The position numbers were made by a program, and so were the translations under genes. Below, piece after piece: positions 9,871-18,998 of a DNA stretch of 64,000 nucleotides. The notes below the pieces were generated by a model. It was not told the DNA's origin, searched no databases, and saw only the letters and a program-made list of their open reading frames with translations. How positions within the stretch are numbered: the stretch's first letter is position 1; each line of letters starts with the position of its first letter. Source of the DNA: Nitrospirota bacterium. GTDB lineage: Bacteria > Nitrospirota > UBA9217. The stretch covers positions 32,001 through 96,000 of the forward strand of contig CAWBNQ010000003.1 in assembly GCA_963790205.1 (NCBI GenBank), written 5' to 3'.

Positions 9871-10248
9871 CATCAGCAGAACTTTGCAGACATTAGTGCC
9901 GAAGATGCAGTCTGTAATTGCGGTCAAATTTTACGAAGAACAACCTGCGTTTTTTATAAAGCCGGTGCCCATCCAGGACCTGCAAAGGCCGTCCGCGATA
10001 TCATCCGCAGGACCCGCACGAAGTCGTCGCATGAAGCTTTCCCGATACTCGGAACATCCTGAGGCCGGCCCGAAATCGGCAGTGTAGTATGCGAACGGTC
10101 AGTCACGATGAGCGATTTCAATGCCCTCGCGGGGTGTATACGCCGAGCTCTGAACTTGGAACCGTGATTCACATTCCGCATTTTCAACAATACCTTGGAA
10201 AAAAGAGATAGAGTACCATCTTCCCACGGGAGGTTCACTGAGAAAGCC

Positions 10249-10959
10249 ATGAAAAAAGCACTGCTCGCAGACGATATCCACGCTCTCCTGGAACCGAACC
10301 ACAGCTTTTTAAACCGGACGGACATCAAGGTGTTCACCGCGACAACGAACGATAAGGCGCTGAAGCTCCATCTTAAGGAGCGGGTCAACCTCATCATTAC
10401 GCAGCTCGACATGCCCGGCATGCCGAGCGAGCAGTTCTGTTCCCTGATCCGGGAGGATGCGAACCTTCGCTCCACTTCGATGATCATGGTTTGCGAGAAC
10501 ACGCCGGCGGCGATCGAACAGAGCAGGCAGTGCAGGGTGAATGCGGTGCTGCCGCGTCCGGTCCATCCCATCGTGCTCATGGAAAAAGCGCAGCAGCTCC
10601 TGGATGTTGCCGCGAGGCAGACGCTCCGCGTGTTCCTGAGCGCCAGTGTAGAAAGTCATACCGGGGACGAATCGTTCTTCTGCCGCTGCCTGAATATCAG
10701 CGTTACGGGAATGCTGATCGAAACCGATAAGCTTCTTGCTGAAGGCGCCCGGCTGTTCAGCGTACTCTACCTCCCTGATGCAAAAAAAATACTGACGCAT
10801 GGCAAGATCGTCAGGACCATTGCACGAGCTCCCGGAGGCACGGAATATCAATACGGTCTTATGTTTACGGAGATCAGCCCCGAGACCAGACGGCAGCTTT
10901 CGGAGTTTGTCGAAAATACGTCGCCTAAATCGCGTTCGGACGGCTTCGTAGCTTCGTAG
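10249..10959 (+). CDS. Receiver-like + PilZ-domain protein
   Basis: RQTLR (RxxxR) and NISVTG (D/NxSxxG); YGLMF.EI. Confidence 0.85.
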   Translation: MKKALLADDIHALLEPNHSFLNRTDIKVFTATTNDKALKLHLKERVNLIITQLDMPGMPSEQFCSLIREDANLRSTSMIMVCENTPAAIEQSRQCRVNAVLPRPVHPIVLMEKAQQLLDVAARQTLRVFLSASVESHTGDESFFCRCLNISVTGMLIETDKLLAEGARLFSVLYLPDAKKILTHGKIVRTIARAPGGTEYQYGLMFTEISPETRRQLSEFVENTSPKSRSDGFVAS

Positions 10960-11274
10960 TCCCCAGTCAGACTTCGCGGCCCGGCATCGGCCTCAACGGT
11001 TCCCGTTTTCCCAGCGGTTTAAAGGAAATAAAGCGACGTCGGCTCTTCGGATACTTCTGTGGATCGCCGCCACGTAGGAGTGCGAGCCTTCCCGTATTTC
11101 CTCCTTCTTCGGATCGCAGCCGGGCGACGCCTCTTTCCGAAAACCTTGACATTGCGGCCAATATCATGCATCATTGGTTGCCGGCACGCATTGCTGCGCC
11201 GGTACTCTGTACCTGACCTGAGTAGTTATTGTTTGCTTTGATTATTTTCCGCAGCACGGCATACCGAGGATCCA

Positions 11275-11928
11275 ATGAACTCCGGAGAACGTCTTATAGA
11301 AAACCTGCAGAGACATCAGTTGATGGTCGCGGTCCGTACTGAAACCGCCGAAGACGCCTATCGTGCGGCAACGGCCTGCGTGGAAGGCGGGATCAGGTTC
11401 ATCGAGATCACCTTCTCGGTGCCCGGGGCCGACGAGGTGATACGGCGGTTACGCGCAGACGAACGGGTTTTGGTGGGGGCCGGCACGGTCCTCTGCGTTC
11501 ATGACGCGAGAAAGGCGCTGAAGGCCGGCGCCTCCTACCTGGTAAGCCCCGGCTTCGATGAAGACGTGGTGAAGTTCGCAAAAAAGGAAGGCCTTGTTTC
11601 GATTCCCGGCGCGGCCACGCCGACGGAAATATACCGGGCCCATAAAGCGGGCGCAGATATCATCAAGCTCTTCCCCTTTGTCGAGCTCGGCGGCCTCGGT
11701 TTTCTCAAGGCGGTCAGGGGACCGCTGCCCTTCGTGCGATACATGCTGTGCGGCGGGGCGAACCTCGACAATGTTTCCAAATATCTTGCTGCCGACGCAG
11801 CGGGCATCCTTATCGGGTCGGCCATCATCAGGCGCGAGCTCGTGGCAACAAAAGATTGGAATTCCATTACCGGGCTGGCGCAAAGTTTTGTCAGAAAGGT
11901 TGAGGATTCTGCGCGGAAACAGGTATGA
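11275..11928 (+). CDS. eda: KDPG/KHG aldolase
   Basis: IEITF, VGAGTVL, VSPG, TPTEI, KLFP motifs. Confidence 0.88.
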   Translation: MNSGERLIENLQRHQLMVAVRTETAEDAYRAATACVEGGIRFIEITFSVPGADEVIRRLRADERVLVGAGTVLCVHDARKALKAGASYLVSPGFDEDVVKFAKKEGLVSIPGAATPTEIYRAHKAGADIIKLFPFVELGGLGFLKAVRGPLPFVRYMLCGGANLDNVSKYLAADAAGILIGSAIIRRELVATKDWNSITGLAQSFVRKVEDSARKQV

Positions 11929-12018
11929 CTTCACAGGAACGCGGAAAACGTGTATAATTACCCGGTCTTTTCCCCGCACAACGGGAAGGATTAATTTCAT
12001 TTCAGGAGGCATCACAAA

Positions 12019-12969
12019 ATGTTTCGTCCTCAGATAAAGGTCCTCGACTGCACGGTCCGCGACGGCGGCTTGATCAACCAGTGGCAGTTCAGCGACGATT
12101 TCGTCCGGAAGGTCTTTATCGCCCTTTCGAAGGCGGGTGTCGACTATATGGAGATAGGATACAAGTCTTCGGAAAAATGCTTTTCCCGGAGTGAAAACGG
12201 CGCATGGAAGTTCTGCTCCGAGGATGACCTGAAGCGGGTCGTCGGCGGCCTCGACAGGACGATGAAATTGTCCGCCATGGCGGACATCGGCCGTATCGAG
12301 CACGAAGACATCCCCAAAAAGAGCGAGAGCGCCCTCGACATGATCAGGGTGGCCTGCTATGCGAAAGAGGTCGATAAGGCGATCAGCCTCGCACACCACT
12401 GCATGGAGAAGGGCTACGAGACGACGATCAACCTCATGGCGGTCTCGAAGGTCCTCGAAAAGGACCTCGATGACGCGCTCGCGGACCTCGCGAAAAGCGA
12501 CGTGCCGGTCATCTATCTCGTCGACAGTTTCGGCGCGATGTATTCGGAGCAGGTCCAGTTTTTCGCGAAGAAATACCAGGCTGCGCTTCCGGGCAAAGAA
12601 CTCGGCATCCATACCCACAATAATCAGCAGCTCGCCTTTTCGAACACGATCGACGGGATCGTCGCGGGGATCAACCGCCTCGACGCGACCATCTACGGAA
12701 TGGGGCGCGGCGCCGGCAACTGTCCTCTGGAGCTTCTGCTCTCGTTCCTCAAAAACCCCAAGTTCGACATAACGCCCATCATCGAGATCATTCAGGAGAT
12801 CTTCATCCCCATGAAGGCAAAGGTGGAGTGGGGGTACCATATCCCCTATATGATCACGGGGATCCTGAACGAACATCCCAGAAGCGGGATGAAGGCCATG
12901 TCCGCGAAGAAGCTTCCCGACCTCAAAAAGTTTTACGAAGATCTCAGGGACGGCACTCCCTTGGACTAA
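12019..12969 (+). CDS. HMGL-like (DRE-TIM) aldolase, 4-hydroxy-2-oxovalerate-aldolase-like
   Basis: LDCTVRDGG, VDSFG, GIHTHNN, GMGRGAGN. Confidence 0.85.
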   Translation: MFRPQIKVLDCTVRDGGLINQWQFSDDFVRKVFIALSKAGVDYMEIGYKSSEKCFSRSENGAWKFCSEDDLKRVVGGLDRTMKLSAMADIGRIEHEDIPKKSESALDMIRVACYAKEVDKAISLAHHCMEKGYETTINLMAVSKVLEKDLDDALADLAKSDVPVIYLVDSFGAMYSEQVQFFAKKYQAALPGKELGIHTHNNQQLAFSNTIDGIVAGINRLDATIYGMGRGAGNCPLELLLSFLKNPKFDITPIIEIIQEIFIPMKAKVEWGYHIPYMITGILNEHPRSGMKAMSAKKLPDLKKFYEDLRDGTPLD

Positions 12970-13099
12970 GAAGAAAAAAAATTCAGACAAAATAAATATT
13001 ATTCTCAAAGAGCACATTGTATCCCGCGGTTCGAATACCCTCCCGCGGCCGGTGATATGCTTTAGTGAGAAGCTTAGTGCGTCTGAGGAGGTAAAAACC

Positions 13100-13421
13100 A
13101 TGAAAGGATTCTCATGCGCAAACCGGGGGAAAACTGCACGGTGGTCTTGACGGCCCGAACGGAAGAGCGGCTTGTTGAACTGGCATCGCTCCATCTGCAC
13201 GAAGTCCACGGGACGACGTCGCTTTCGCAGGAAAAGGTGGCCGATATCAGGAAGCACTTTGCAAGCCGGCCGACTGCGGACGTCGCCAGGGTCGTTGATC
13301 GCATCTTCGAGAAATACAACTGCAATGGAGAACCCGAGTGCAGCTGGCGGTACACAGCAGAAGCCGAGATTATCCTGAACGGCGGCAAGAGGGCTCACAC
13401 GCGGAGCTCAAGGCAGACTGA
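13100..13421 (+). pseudogene. DUF1059-like small metal-binding protein with two frameshifts
   Basis: GGAGG-ATG MKGFSC, continuing in the -1 frame as GENC...TEE.LV...H...H..VHG; second shift before AELKAD*. Confidence 0.6.
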
Positions 13422-13490
13422 CGACCGCGCTCCGCGCGCCTGGACGGACTTGTCCAGCGCACAATTCCCCCTAACGTTCTTTAATAAAAT

Positions 13491-13521
13491 AAGGCCGGCG
13501 GAAACGTTCCCGCCGGCCTTT
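13491..13521. terminator. Bidirectional intrinsic terminator
   Basis: AAGGCCGGCGG-N8-CCGCCGGCCTT between convergent genes. Confidence 0.7.
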
Positions 13522-13548
13522 CATCAGCATGGGGCCCCCCTGAGCTGC

Positions 13549-13866
13549 TTACCCGCCGAGATATCCGCCGGCAAAGTCGGGAGTCGATGTGTCGGCCGGA
13601 CCCACTGAAACGGTGTTGTCCTCATACTCAGTCTCTGCCGAGCCTTTCCAGTCATAGGAACAGGCATGCGACAGGATCTGGATCTTCCAGTCGATCTGCT
13701 CGACAAGCTCGCCAAGATGCCGCTCGTAGAGCCCGGAAAGATTATCCTGCGCTTTGTAGGTGCGTGCGAGATCGTCCCGCAACGCTTCAATCCTTTTTTT
13801 CACGTCTGAAAGTCCGCTAAATACGTTATCACAAACACCCTTTTTTATGTCTTTAACAGCTGCCAT
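13549..13866 (-). CDS. Hypothetical helical protein
   Basis: RBS GAGGAGG before ATG at 13866. Confidence 0.7.
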   Translation of the reverse strand: MAAVKDIKKGVCDNVFSGLSDVKKRIEALRDDLARTYKAQDNLSGLYERHLGELVEQIDWKIQILSHACSYDWKGSAETEYEDNTVSVGPADTSTPDFAGGYLGG

Positions 13867-14044
13867 AGTTGCCTCCTCACGTAAACGGTCGGCAGAGTGC
13901 ATTTCCTCTCCGCCGCCACACTGTATCGTTTCATACTTATACTATAGCACCTTCCGGCACTCGCCGCGAAAAAAGAGGACCACAATGGTATTTTTTTATA
14001 TGCGTTGCTCGTAGACCGGTCCTCCCGTCCCTTGTTATGAGACA

Positions 14045-14410
14045 TCAGACAAAAGACTCAGGAACTCTTGTGTCTGATGATGGATAATGAAAGAAATCGG
14101 CATAATATGCCCGACCCAAGCCCGCAATAATGCTGCGATCTGAAAGGCCGTTTATTTTCGTCATCATCTTTTCGGGGACAAGGCCGTAGTAATCCATCAG
14201 GCGCTGTCGAAGCGTTTTGGGCTCAAGCGTCCGTTGTATCTCGACCAGATCGGTTGGCCGGCCGGAGAGTTCAGTCGTCCGGGCCTTGGGCGCGGCGGGC
14301 AGGAGAACAGCGCCTCGGCTGGCCTCGCGAAGGAGGAAACGGCGGTCAGCGCGCAGGGATAATTCGAGAGCGACTTGGCATGGAAGGCACGCATTCAGGA
14401 TGCATTTCAT
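14045..14410 (-). CDS. Hypothetical protein
   Basis: RBS GAGGAG before ATG at 14410; no motif recognised. Confidence 0.45.
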   Translation of the reverse strand: MKCILNACLPCQVALELSLRADRRFLLREASRGAVLLPAAPKARTTELSGRPTDLVEIQRTLEPKTLRQRLMDYYGLVPEKMMTKINGLSDRSIIAGLGRAYYADFFHYPSSDTRVPESFV

Positions 14411-14549
14411 GAGTATCTTCTCCTCTCTGTCGGTGCCAAGCATATCATGCGGCCGTCTTGACTTTTCCCGTTGATTATTCTTGCGACGGCAACGGAGGAA
14501 TGGTATGCTGTGCCCGACGTCATCAAGTTGGTAACCACGAGGAGGAAGC

Positions 14550-15515
14550 ATGAAACCCAGGTTGATCGCTTCAGTTGCAGTGATGCTGTTTTTTTCAATG
14601 ACATCCCCCTGCTTTGCGGATGTCGACCTGTGCTCTCAGAATGCAGGGCTGGGGAGGACCGCTGACACTATTAAAGAATGCACCCGGCAGATCAACGGCA
14701 AGGTGAAAGCGGAAAATCTTGCGCGCTCCTATCTGTTCCGCGGACTAGCCTACCAGATCACCGGCCGGTTCGACGAGGCCCTGTCCGATTTCACCAAGGC
14801 CATCAAGCTGGCCCCGAAAGACGACAAAGCATACAATGACCGTGGGAGCACCTACCTGATCAAGGGCCGGCTTGACCAGGCCATCGCCGATTTCAACGAG
14901 GCGATCAGGCTGAATCCTAACAACGCGCACGCGTACTTCAACCGCGGAACCGTCAGCCAGGCACTGGGCCGGACCGACCAGGCCATCGGCGATTTCACCA
15001 GGGCGATTGAGCTGGACCCGGCGAATGCACGCGCATATTTGGGCCGTGGGACCGCCTATTTGTCAAATGACAGGACCGAGGAGGCCATCGCGGATTTCAG
15101 CAAGGCCATCGAGCTCAATCCGGGCTACGACGAGGCCTACAGCAACCGCGGTGCCGCCTATATGGCTAAGGGGCAGTTCGACCGGGCCATCCCTGAATTC
15201 AGCAAGGCCGTTGAGCTCAACCCGAACTACGACGAGGCCTACAGCAACCGCGGGGCCGCCTATATGGCCAAGGGGCAGTTCGACCGGGCCGCTGACGATT
15301 ACAGTAAGGCCATCGAGCTGAACCCGAAAGACGCCTCGGCCTATTACAACATGGCCTGTCTTCATTCCGTGAGGGGAAATGTACAAGAATCCTGTACCTG
15401 GCTCCAGAAAGCCGTTGATAAGGGATACGACAAGTGGGAGCACATGAAGAAAGATCCTGATCTTAAGAATGTTCGCGAAGCCGCGTGCTATAAGAAGATT
15501 ATGGAAGGCAAATGA
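14550..15515 (+). CDS. Exported TPR-repeat protein
   Basis: Signal peptide; about seven AY.NRG...A.ADF.KAIELNP repeats; C-terminal YNMAC...WL.KAV..GY...DPDL. Confidence 0.92.
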   Translation: MKPRLIASVAVMLFFSMTSPCFADVDLCSQNAGLGRTADTIKECTRQINGKVKAENLARSYLFRGLAYQITGRFDEALSDFTKAIKLAPKDDKAYNDRGSTYLIKGRLDQAIADFNEAIRLNPNNAHAYFNRGTVSQALGRTDQAIGDFTRAIELDPANARAYLGRGTAYLSNDRTEEAIADFSKAIELNPGYDEAYSNRGAAYMAKGQFDRAIPEFSKAVELNPNYDEAYSNRGAAYMAKGQFDRAADDYSKAIELNPKDASAYYNMACLHSVRGNVQESCTWLQKAVDKGYDKWEHMKKDPDLKNVREAACYKKIMEGK

Positions 15516-15576
15516 CTTTGAACACGCCCGGTCCGATCGTCGTTGCGAACGGAAAAGGCGTCTCCCCTGAGACAAG

Positions 15577-15612
15577 AAAAAGCCGGCACGGTTCACGTTC
15601 CTGCCGGCTTTT
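15577..15612. terminator. Bidirectional intrinsic terminator
   Basis: A5-GCCGGCA...TGCCGGC-T4. Confidence 0.7.
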
Positions 15613-15631
15613 ATTACCGCATATAAAAAAA

Positions 15632-15930
15632 GGCGTTGCTTCTGGACGCGTATTCAACCCCTCCGTTGCGCCTTCGAGAAGATAGTGCGATAAGCATCGC
15701 ACTCATGTTCCCGGACCTGCGCTGCAGGCCCGGAAGGGCCGGCTTTCCTCACCGGCGTCTTCTTGGGCCTTGGGAACTCCCGCATTCCGGACTTTCGTCG
15801 TCGTGCGGCGGGGGATCCTTGCAGCCTTGCGGCTTTCGGTCCCCTCAGCTCGGGGATGACTCAAAGCCGGCGCTTAAAGTCCTCAACGGATATACATACG
15901 TGAACCTTTCGGTTTCCATCCGGCAACGCC
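15632..15930 (-). ncRNA. Candidate large structured ncRNA, paralog 1 (family not recognised)
   Basis: Nested end-to-end stems, GNRA tetraloops on the minus strand, U7 tail, upstream TGGTATAAT; homologous to 16933-17240. Confidence 0.75.
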
Positions 15931-15952
15931 TTTTTACTATCCTTTTAAATAA

Positions 15953-15962
15953 ATTATACCAC
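15953..15962 (-). promoter_or_regulatory. Extended -10 promoter element for ncRNA 1
   Basis: GTGGTATAAT on the minus strand. Confidence 0.65.
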
Positions 15963-16020
15963 GGTTCCGGAATCATGAAATACTTCCTTAGGATTATTCT
16001 TATAGCGCATCAAGCTTACC

Positions 16021-16740
16021 CTATTCCTTCGAGGCTATAAAAAAAATATTTTGCGTTAAGAACGGAAGGAGGGCTGCCAGCACCGTGTCGATAAGGTTAT
16101 AGGCGGAGCAGAACAGCCTGCTGTTCTTGATAAAATCCGGCAATCCGGAAAGCATGGTCCGGGGCACTGCACTGTACTGGCCGATTTCGAGCAGCCTGAA
16201 ACCGGATTCGTCCAACAAATGAATGACGTCTCGCCTGGCATACAGATAGTTGTGGCGATACCGCGGCAATTTCAAGACGGTGACGAGATATTCTATCCAT
16301 GAATATTTACTGGGCAGGTGAAAGCAAAATAATTTGCCCTTCGGTTTTAATACGCGCTTGAGCTCCCCCAAGGAGGCCAGCTCATTTCCGCCGGTATCCC
16401 TGACATGTTCCAAAACACCGACGGAAAAGACTGCGTCAAAGGTCTCCGGAGCAAAAGGCAAGGAGCAAGGGTCCGTGTGCAGGCGGTAATTAAATGTTGT
16501 CGGCCACTGTCTCCGCAGCTCCGATTCTATCTTAAGGTTGTCCTCGATACTGTAGGCGGTGACGTTCATCCCGTTTTTCAGCAAAAAATACGTAAAGCGT
16601 CCATCGCCGCTGCCCCAGTCCAGGACCGTGGATTGCTGCGGCAGGTTTGCCAGCGTTTTCTCGAAAACGCGGCGATATCCCGCCGCTGTAGTTATATTAT
16701 CGAATAAACCGAGTTGCTTAAGGTCTTGATAAATAGTCAT
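16021..16740 (-). CDS. Class I SAM-dependent methyltransferase (Methyltransf_11-like)
   Basis: VLDWGSGDG, LPFAPETFDAV...VLEHV, RVLKPKG; own TTGCAA-17-TACGCT promoter near 16786-16814. Confidence 0.88.
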   Translation of the reverse strand: MTIYQDLKQLGLFDNITTAAGYRRVFEKTLANLPQQSTVLDWGSGDGRFTYFLLKNGMNVTAYSIEDNLKIESELRRQWPTTFNYRLHTDPCSLPFAPETFDAVFSVGVLEHVRDTGGNELASLGELKRVLKPKGKLFCFHLPSKYSWIEYLVTVLKLPRYRHNYLYARRDVIHLLDESGFRLLEIGQYSAVPRTMLSGLPDFIKNSRLFCSAYNLIDTVLAALLPFLTQNIFFIASKE

Positions 16741-16932
16741 GGACCCTCTGTCTCCGAGAGTTTGTTTTATATTTACGGAGTGAAACAGCGTACTATAAAA
16801 AGGGTAAAATTGCAAGAATTTTAGCCGAATTTGGGGCGGGATCCGATTAAGACTTCTTTTACTTCGGGAAGAGGGGACGTCGTCCTTGAATGAGGCGGGC
16901 AACAAGTTTCAGTATCGGGGGAAACAAAAAAA

Positions 16933-17240
16933 GGCGCTGCCTGCGAACCGGTTTTTAAACATTCCGTCGGGCCATGGTTACTGAGCGGGTACTCAATGTT
17001 CGCTTCTACGGCTCCGCTGAACGGACCCTGCGAAGCTCATTGTCCTTTTGCCCGCTTTCACCGCTGGCTTTGGGGCTTTCGGCTCTTCCGGTCTTACGGC
17101 GACCTGTGCGGCAGCCGGAAGACCGGCCGCTCAACTTGCAGCCTCCTTTCCGGCTTCGGACGCCCGTGATTCCCGGTGCCTGATTCCCCTCATAACGGGT
17201 TTAAAATACATACACCTATCGGTGTTGGTTCGGCAACGCC
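16933..17240 (-). ncRNA. Candidate large structured ncRNA, paralog 2
   Basis: Same nested architecture with compensatory changes; U7 tail; upstream TGGTATAAT. Confidence 0.75.
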
Positions 17241-17306
17241 CTGCGAACCTTTCTCTTACTTCACCACTTTCAAAGAACGATCACCATGCCGCTTATCTTT
17301 ATCATC

Positions 17307-17316
17307 ATTATACCAC
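17307..17316 (-). promoter_or_regulatory. Extended -10 promoter element for ncRNA 2
   Basis: GTGGTATAAT on the minus strand, identical to the element at ncRNA 1. Confidence 0.65.
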
Positions 17317-17398
17317 TTTTATGAATAAGCGGCCGGTATTTTTCGCGAGATTTATCTTGACCCCCCGGACAAATGCCTTTAAAATTTCAGCACTCATT

Positions 17399-18925
17399 AT
17401 GACGTCGATACGTCCAACCAAAGAAGCATTTCTCGAAGCAACGGGACAAGGAACGATACTCCCGCTCTCGTTCGAGCTCGGACAGCCGGACCTGACGCCG
17501 GTCGCTGCGCTGGAGGCTGTCCGGGCCGCGGGCCATTCGGCGCTTCTCGAGAGCGCCCGCGTGAACGATAAGACCGGCAGGTATTCGTTCGTCACCGCTG
17601 ATCCGTACCTGATATTCCGCTCAAAAGGTGACACGGTCGAGCTCAGTCTCCCCGCGACCCCCGCGGGCAGATACGGCAGGCGCGCAACGATGAAAAGGAG
17701 GCCGCTCCAAAAACTGCGCGAGCTCATGTCCAATTACCGGACCGCACAGAGACCGGACCTGCCGCCCTTCACCGGCGGCGCCATCGGTTTTTTTTCGTAT
17801 GACTTTGTGCGCCAGTTCGAGAAGCTCCCGCGGAGGGCCGACGCGGATCTCGACATTCCCGAGGCCTGCTTTATCTTCGTGGACCTGGTAATCGCCTTCG
17901 ACCATGTCCTGAACAAGGCCTGGGTGATCGTGAACCCCGGGGCCCGTGAACAGGAGATGGGCTTCCGCAGGCCCGATCCTGGCCAATGGGAGCGGTTCTA
18001 TGATGAAGCAGCGGATAAGCTTATAGCGTACGGCTCGAAGCTCGCGGCAGCGGATAGGAAGGGCGATGTCCTGTTTTCGGGAAAAAGCGATCCCGAACGT
18101 TTCCGCCTCTCGCCGAACATGACAAAAGACCGCTTCGAGTCCATGGTCGCCCGCTGCAAGGAATATATCGCGGCAGGCGACATCTACCAGGCAAACCTCT
18201 CCCAGCGTCTCTCGGTGAACATCGGCGACGCGGACCCGCTCCGTTTGTACAGGATCCTCCGCGAAATCAACCCCTCTCCCTTCGCGGCTTATCTTGATTT
18301 CGGAGAGGTAACGCTCGTGAGCTCTTCGCCCGAGCGGCTCATCCGCCTGAGAAACGGTACGGCTGATACGCGTCCGATCGCGGGCACCCGCAGGCGCGGC
18401 AGGGACCGGGTTGAAACCGAGGAGCTTTCCGCCGAGCTTCTGGCGAATGAAAAGGAGCGCGCCGAGCACATCATGCTCCTGGACCTCGAGCGCAACGACC
18501 TGGGGAAGGTCTGCGATTACGGGTCGGTGCGGGTCGACGAGATGATGGTCGTCGAGGATTACTCGCACGTGATCCATATTGTTTCGAACGTGCGCGGCCT
18601 GCTCACGGCCGGGAGGGACGCCTTCGACCTCGTGCGGGCCGTGTTCCCGGGCGGCACGATCACGGGCGTGCCCAAGGTGCGCTGCATGGAGATCATCGAC
18701 GAACTCGAGCCGGTGGCGCGCGGTCCCTATACCGGCTCCATCGGCTATATTTCAAACGCCGGCGACATGGACCTGAACATCATCATCAGGACCTTCGTGA
18801 TCAAAGACGGAAGGGCGCACCTTCAGGTCGGCGCCGGCATTGTCGCCGATTCCGATCCGGAACGCGAGTACCATGAGACCCTGCAGAAGGCCGAGGCGCT
18901 GAGAACGGCCCTGGAGAGGCTCTAG
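17399..18925 (+). CDS. Chorismate-binding enzyme (PabB/TrpE component I)
   Basis: LLESA, GRYSF, PFTGGAIG, SSPERL, PIAGTR, KERAEHIMLLDLERND, FPGGTITGVPK, GAGIVADS; pabB and trpE not distinguished. Confidence 0.93.
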   Translation: MTSIRPTKEAFLEATGQGTILPLSFELGQPDLTPVAALEAVRAAGHSALLESARVNDKTGRYSFVTADPYLIFRSKGDTVELSLPATPAGRYGRRATMKRRPLQKLRELMSNYRTAQRPDLPPFTGGAIGFFSYDFVRQFEKLPRRADADLDIPEACFIFVDLVIAFDHVLNKAWVIVNPGAREQEMGFRRPDPGQWERFYDEAADKLIAYGSKLAAADRKGDVLFSGKSDPERFRLSPNMTKDRFESMVARCKEYIAAGDIYQANLSQRLSVNIGDADPLRLYRILREINPSPFAAYLDFGEVTLVSSSPERLIRLRNGTADTRPIAGTRRRGRDRVETEELSAELLANEKERAEHIMLLDLERNDLGKVCDYGSVRVDEMMVVEDYSHVIHIVSNVRGLLTAGRDAFDLVRAVFPGGTITGVPKVRCMEIIDELEPVARGPYTGSIGYISNAGDMDLNIIIRTFVIKDGRAHLQVGAGIVADSDPEREYHETLQKAEALRTALERL

Positions 18926-18998
18926 CAGGGCTTTTTCCCGTTGCAACTTTAACCCACTTGCGCTATAGTGTCAAAATATTTAGGGAAAGGAGCGCTGT

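Noticed and set aside
9930..10050. Possible receiver-domain relic (FFIKPV..QDL)
   Set aside because: Too short and fragmentary to support
10967..11167. Small minus-strand ORF with an RBS-like AAGGAGG
   Set aside because: The RBS is followed by ACG, and there is no recognisable motif
13020..13050. GGTTCGAAT as a tRNA T-loop
   Set aside because: No T-stem, cloverleaf or CCA end
15663..15671. 9-nt complementarity between RNA1 (GCGCAACGG) and the repeat loop (CCGUUGCGC)
   Set aside because: Too short to exceed chance, and mostly sequestered in P4
15632..17240. Retron msr-msd, RNase P, SRP or tmRNA identity for the structured RNAs
   Set aside because: No reverse transcriptase in the window; only short chance-level resemblances (GAAAGUCCGG, CAGGUCCGG) without the rest of each consensus; no tRNA-like ends
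17048..17398. 117-aa N-terminal extension of the PabB/TrpE ORF
   Set aside because: It runs antisense through RNA2 and its promoter and is not protein-like; the likely start is ATG 17399
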